The translations under genes were made by a program, and so were the position numbers. The notes under the pieces were generated by a model. That model was given only the letters and a program-made list of their open reading frames with translations. It ran no database searches and had not been told where the DNA came from. This document shows, piece after piece, positions 29,332 to 32,000 of a stretch of 32,000 bases of DNA. The stretch's first letter is position 1. Each line of letters starts with the position of its first letter. The stretch comes from an archaeon (lineage in GTDB: Archaea; Iainarchaeota; Iainarchaeia; Iainarchaeales; CSSED10-239): positions 30,001 to 62,000 of the forward strand of contig DAOOUC010000003.1 of assembly GCA_035390665.1 (NCBI GenBank). Direction: 5' to 3'.

Positions 29332-30339
29332 TTAATGTACATCAGAAAGATCTTTGTCTTTTCTACTGTATACAAATAATGCAAGAGCAACTATTGCTAA
29401 TACTCCAAAAACAAGTATTCCCCATTTTGTTGGAGTCATTGTAATTAATGCGGTTGCTTTGCTTTTTAATATTCCTGCATCTTCTTTAAATTTTTGAGTT
29501 GATGTTAGATTGGAATCTCTTGATTCTTGTTCAGGGGTGCCAATTACTTCTTTTGTTTTTGGAATTGATGTATTAAAATTTGGATTTACTTTAACATATT
29601 CTTCTTGATTATTATATGCTTCTAATTCTTTTAATTCCTCAGAGTTTTCTGTATTTGATGTAGATATAGGCCCAAAGGTTTTTGATTGTTCTGTGTTTTC
29701 ATTATTGAAAAATTCAGTATCTGTACTGTTCTTTAATTTTATTGAATCTTTAAAAGAAAAAGTTGAATCAACTAAGGAAAAGGTTGGTGTTGTTACAAAT
29801 AAAAAATATTTTGTGTTTGTTCCTGGAACTAAAACCATATCTAAAACTAATTTGTCTTTGTCTATATAATAATCCATTGTTTTTGTTCCTGAACATAAAT
29901 TTAGTGTTTTTTCAGAATCAATTATTTCTATTCTGTTATTATTATATTTCAATAACTCTCCATTTTCCTTAACACAATCAATATCTGTTAAGCCCTCTGA
30001 AATATATATTCCTAAATTTTTCATTTGTGTTAAATCTTCTATTCCTAAACTTAATTCATATCTTCCTACAACAGAATAATCTAATTTATTTTCAAAATCA
30101 TATCTATAAATAAAAGATTGCCCACTAACTATCTCTAAATTTGATTTGTCTCTGATTTGTATAGACTCTGGATTAATCTTAAAATCCGGATTTAATTTCA
30201 TAGTAACAGGAGAATTAATACCAATTTCATATTCTTGTGATTTTATGGTTAAATAATCGTCTGAATCTTCTGCAAAAACAAATCCGAATAATAATATTAT
30301 TGAGAAAATAATTGTAATTTTTTTTATCATATTTATCAC
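29332..30339 (-). CDS. Secreted, C-terminally membrane-anchored surface protein (hypothetical)
   Basis: 335 aa. Sec-type signal (ITIIFSIILLFGFVFA|ED), a beta-rich domain, an S/T/N/E-rich linker and a C-terminal TM helix (WGILVFGVLAIVALALFVY) followed by a short charged tail. Confidence 0.65.
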   Translation of the reverse strand: MINMIKKITIIFSIILLFGFVFAEDSDDYLTIKSQEYEIGINSPVTMKLNPDFKINPESIQIRDKSNLEIVSGQSFIYRYDFENKLDYSVVGRYELSLGIEDLTQMKNLGIYISEGLTDIDCVKENGELLKYNNNRIEIIDSEKTLNLCSGTKTMDYYIDKDKLVLDMVLVPGTNTKYFLFVTTPTFSLVDSTFSFKDSIKLKNSTDTEFFNNENTEQSKTFGPISTSNTENSEELKELEAYNNQEEYVKVNPNFNTSIPKTKEVIGTPEQESRDSNLTSTQKFKEDAGILKSKATALITMTPTKWGILVFGVLAIVALALFVYSRKDKDLSDVH

Positions 30340-30414
30340 TTTTTACCTATTAATAATGTATACATATATATTACATATAGATATTTAAAACTAACTTTTA
30401 AGAAAAGCAAACAT

Positions 30415-31047
30415 TTAGCATTTATTCTTAAGAATTAAGAAAAATTTCTGTTTCTTAGGATTATCTTTATTATAGATGTATTCTTTAACAAAAAATCCAA
30501 TTCTTTCAAAACTAGAGTTTAATATTTCTGTTGTGTTCTTTTCTGGAGGGTAATATTGAATTATTATTATTCCATTTTCTTTCAAAATAGATTTAATTGA
30601 TTTTCCTATTTTTTTAATAAGATTTTTTATTTCTATTTCTTGCTTATTTGTAAGAATCCATTGTAGTGCTGAAATAGAAATAATTAAATCAAATTTTTTA
30701 TTTATTATTTCTTTTGGAAGATTTTCGAAATCTCCAAGATAACATTCAAATTTTTTGTATTTACAAATCTTTAACATTTCTTTTGCTGGATCTATTCCAA
30801 TTAAGTTAATATAATGCCCTTGATTTTTTAAAAACTCTAAAGAAAAACCTGTTCCACAACCAATATCAAGTATAGAAATCTCTTTCGTTTTATTTTTAGT
30901 TTCTTCAAAATATAGTTGTAGAATAATATTTGTTAATTCTGTTTGTGTTTTTTTCATTCCAGAATTATTCTCGTATCTTTTTGTTTCTTCAAAAGTATAG
31001 AAATCATTAGGATTTTCATAATTTTGTTCTGGTTTTAATTCAGACAT
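30415..31047 (-). CDS. Bud23/WBSCR22-like class I SAM-dependent methyltransferase (putative small-subunit rRNA guanine-N7 methyltransferase)
   Basis: 210 aa. Collinear with yeast Bud23 as I recall it: FY..EE.KRY.NNS....Q.E, ILDIGCGTGFS, GIDP..EML, FDLIISISALQW, IIIQYYP, and C-terminal NP.K.KFFLIL. Confidence 0.7.
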   Translation of the reverse strand: MSELKPEQNYENPNDFYTFEETKRYENNSGMKKTQTELTNIILQLYFEETKNKTKEISILDIGCGTGFSLEFLKNQGHYINLIGIDPAKEMLKICKYKKFECYLGDFENLPKEIINKKFDLIISISALQWILTNKQEIEIKNLIKKIGKSIKSILKENGIIIIQYYPPEKNTTEILNSSFERIGFFVKEYIYNKDNPKKQKFFLILKNKC

Positions 31048-31058
31048 ATTTATCCTAT

Positions 31059-32000
31059 TTAAGCAGATGCTAAAGGAATTGCAAGTTCTATTTTTGCTTT
31101 ATCTAATTCTTTTTTTATTTCTTTGTTAATGGAGTCTTTTATTTCCATTTGATCCCAATAGTCTATATTTTTGTTTATCCAGTAAATATAGGTTATATCT
31201 AAAGAAAATGTAGAAAATTTATCAAAAAATATATGATATTCTTCTAAAAGTTCATTTTTCTTTCTTTTACTATTAATAGCATCAAGTATTATTTTTTCAG
31301 CTTTAGATACTTGCTCAGATGTAGATTTAGATGATAAAGATAATGTTGCAACCACTCTTCTTGCAGGCATTGATTCCATATTTTCTAAACTTCTTCCTGA
31401 TAGAAAACTATTAGGAACCACGTGAATGGTGCCATCAAATGATTTAATTTTTGTTGTTCTTATTCCTATTTCTATTACTGTACCAGATATAAGCCCGTCA
31501 TTTGCTTTTACCCATTCTCCAACCTTAAATGGTCTTTCTGTGTAAATTATTAAACCACTAAAAAAGTTTTCAAGTAGTTCTTTAGATGCAAATGCAAGAG
31601 CAATACCTCCAATTCCAAGACCTGCAATTAAACCACTAATATTAAATCCAAGATTTGAGATAATTAATAATGCCGCAATAATAAAAATAAATATTTTAAT
31701 TAACATCTTTATTAAAGGCCTTAAATATTCATACCTTTTTATTTCTTCATTCTCTTCTGAATATTTCCCTAAATATTTCTCTATAATTACAATTAAGATC
31801 TTAATTATAAACCACGCTGCAAGTAACACATACAAACTAAATGCTAATTTATCAATTATTATTGCTAATGTCGTGGATGTTCTAAAAACTCTCGCAGCTC
31901 CTTTTAATACACCTACAAATATAATGAATAATATTGGTTCTGGCTTTCTTAAAATTTTAAATAATATCTCATATTTTGTACTTTTTTCTTCTAATTTTTT
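31059..32000 (-). CDS. Mechanosensitive ion channel, MscS family (5'-truncated by the window edge)
   Basis: MscS beta-domain signature ERPFKVGEWVKANDGLISGTVIEIGIRTTKIKSFDGTIHVVPNS. The reading frame stays open upstream of the track's TTG at 31835 all the way to position 32000, so the true start is probably outside the window. Confidence 0.85.
   Translation of the reverse strand, partial: KKLEEKSTKYEILFKILRKPEPILFIIFVGVLKGAARVFRTSTTLAIIIDKLAFSLYVLLAAWFIIKILIVIIEKYLGKYSEENEEIKRYEYLRPLIKMLIKIFIFIIAALLIISNLGFNISGLIAGLGIGGIALAFASKELLENFFSGLIIYTERPFKVGEWVKANDGLISGTVIEIGIRTTKIKSFDGTIHVVPNSFLSGRSLENMESMPARRVVATLSLSSKSTSEQVSKAEKIILDAINSKRKKNELLEEYHIFFDKFSTFSLDITYIYWINKNIDYWDQMEIKDSINKEIKKELDKAKIELAIPLASA

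Overview
This is a strongly AT-rich archaeal chromosome segment. By inference it comes from a small-genome, DPANN-like lineage: it has split RpoA and RpoB, RpoH, an archaeal-type LeuRS, a class III (pilin-type) signal peptide, a box C/D sRNA and an unlinked 23S rRNA gene.

Contents from left to right:
- 119-7842, minus strand: RNA polymerase operon rpoH-rpoB''-rpoB'-rpoA'-rpoA''.
- An MFS-like permease and an ArsB/NhaD-type permease.
- A tRNA-Met(CAU)/tRNA-Glu(CUC) pair.
- A divergent methyltransferase-like gene and a degenerate RpiA-like gene.
- A box C/D sRNA that the ORF track does not show (12723-12794, plus strand).
- Lineage-specific hypothetical genes, including a PIN/UPF0175-like pair and membrane proteins.
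- A stand-alone 23S rRNA gene (about 18073-21057, minus strand) flanked by a long processing helix.
- A pilin-signal/RCC1-propeller surface protein.
- An Obg-like GTPase.
- A three-gene operon of basic hypothetical proteins that contains tandem paralogs.
- leuS, a secreted and anchored surface protein, a Bud23-like methyltransferase, and an MscS channel gene that runs off the right edge.

Most start codons are preceded by a Shine-Dalgarno-like GTGAT or GAGG motif, which supports the chosen starts. No CRISPR array, transposase, integrase or recognisable defence island was seen.

The most interesting signals:
- A conserved GC-rich hairpin motif fused to the TAG stop codons of rpoB' and rpoA'.
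- The C/D sRNA, whose D' guide matches the 23S A-loop (U2552 equivalent) encoded in the same window.
- A family of paralogous proteins with basic tails.
- Departures from near-universal nucleotides in the 23S peptidyl-transferase ring and in the T-loops of both tRNAs.
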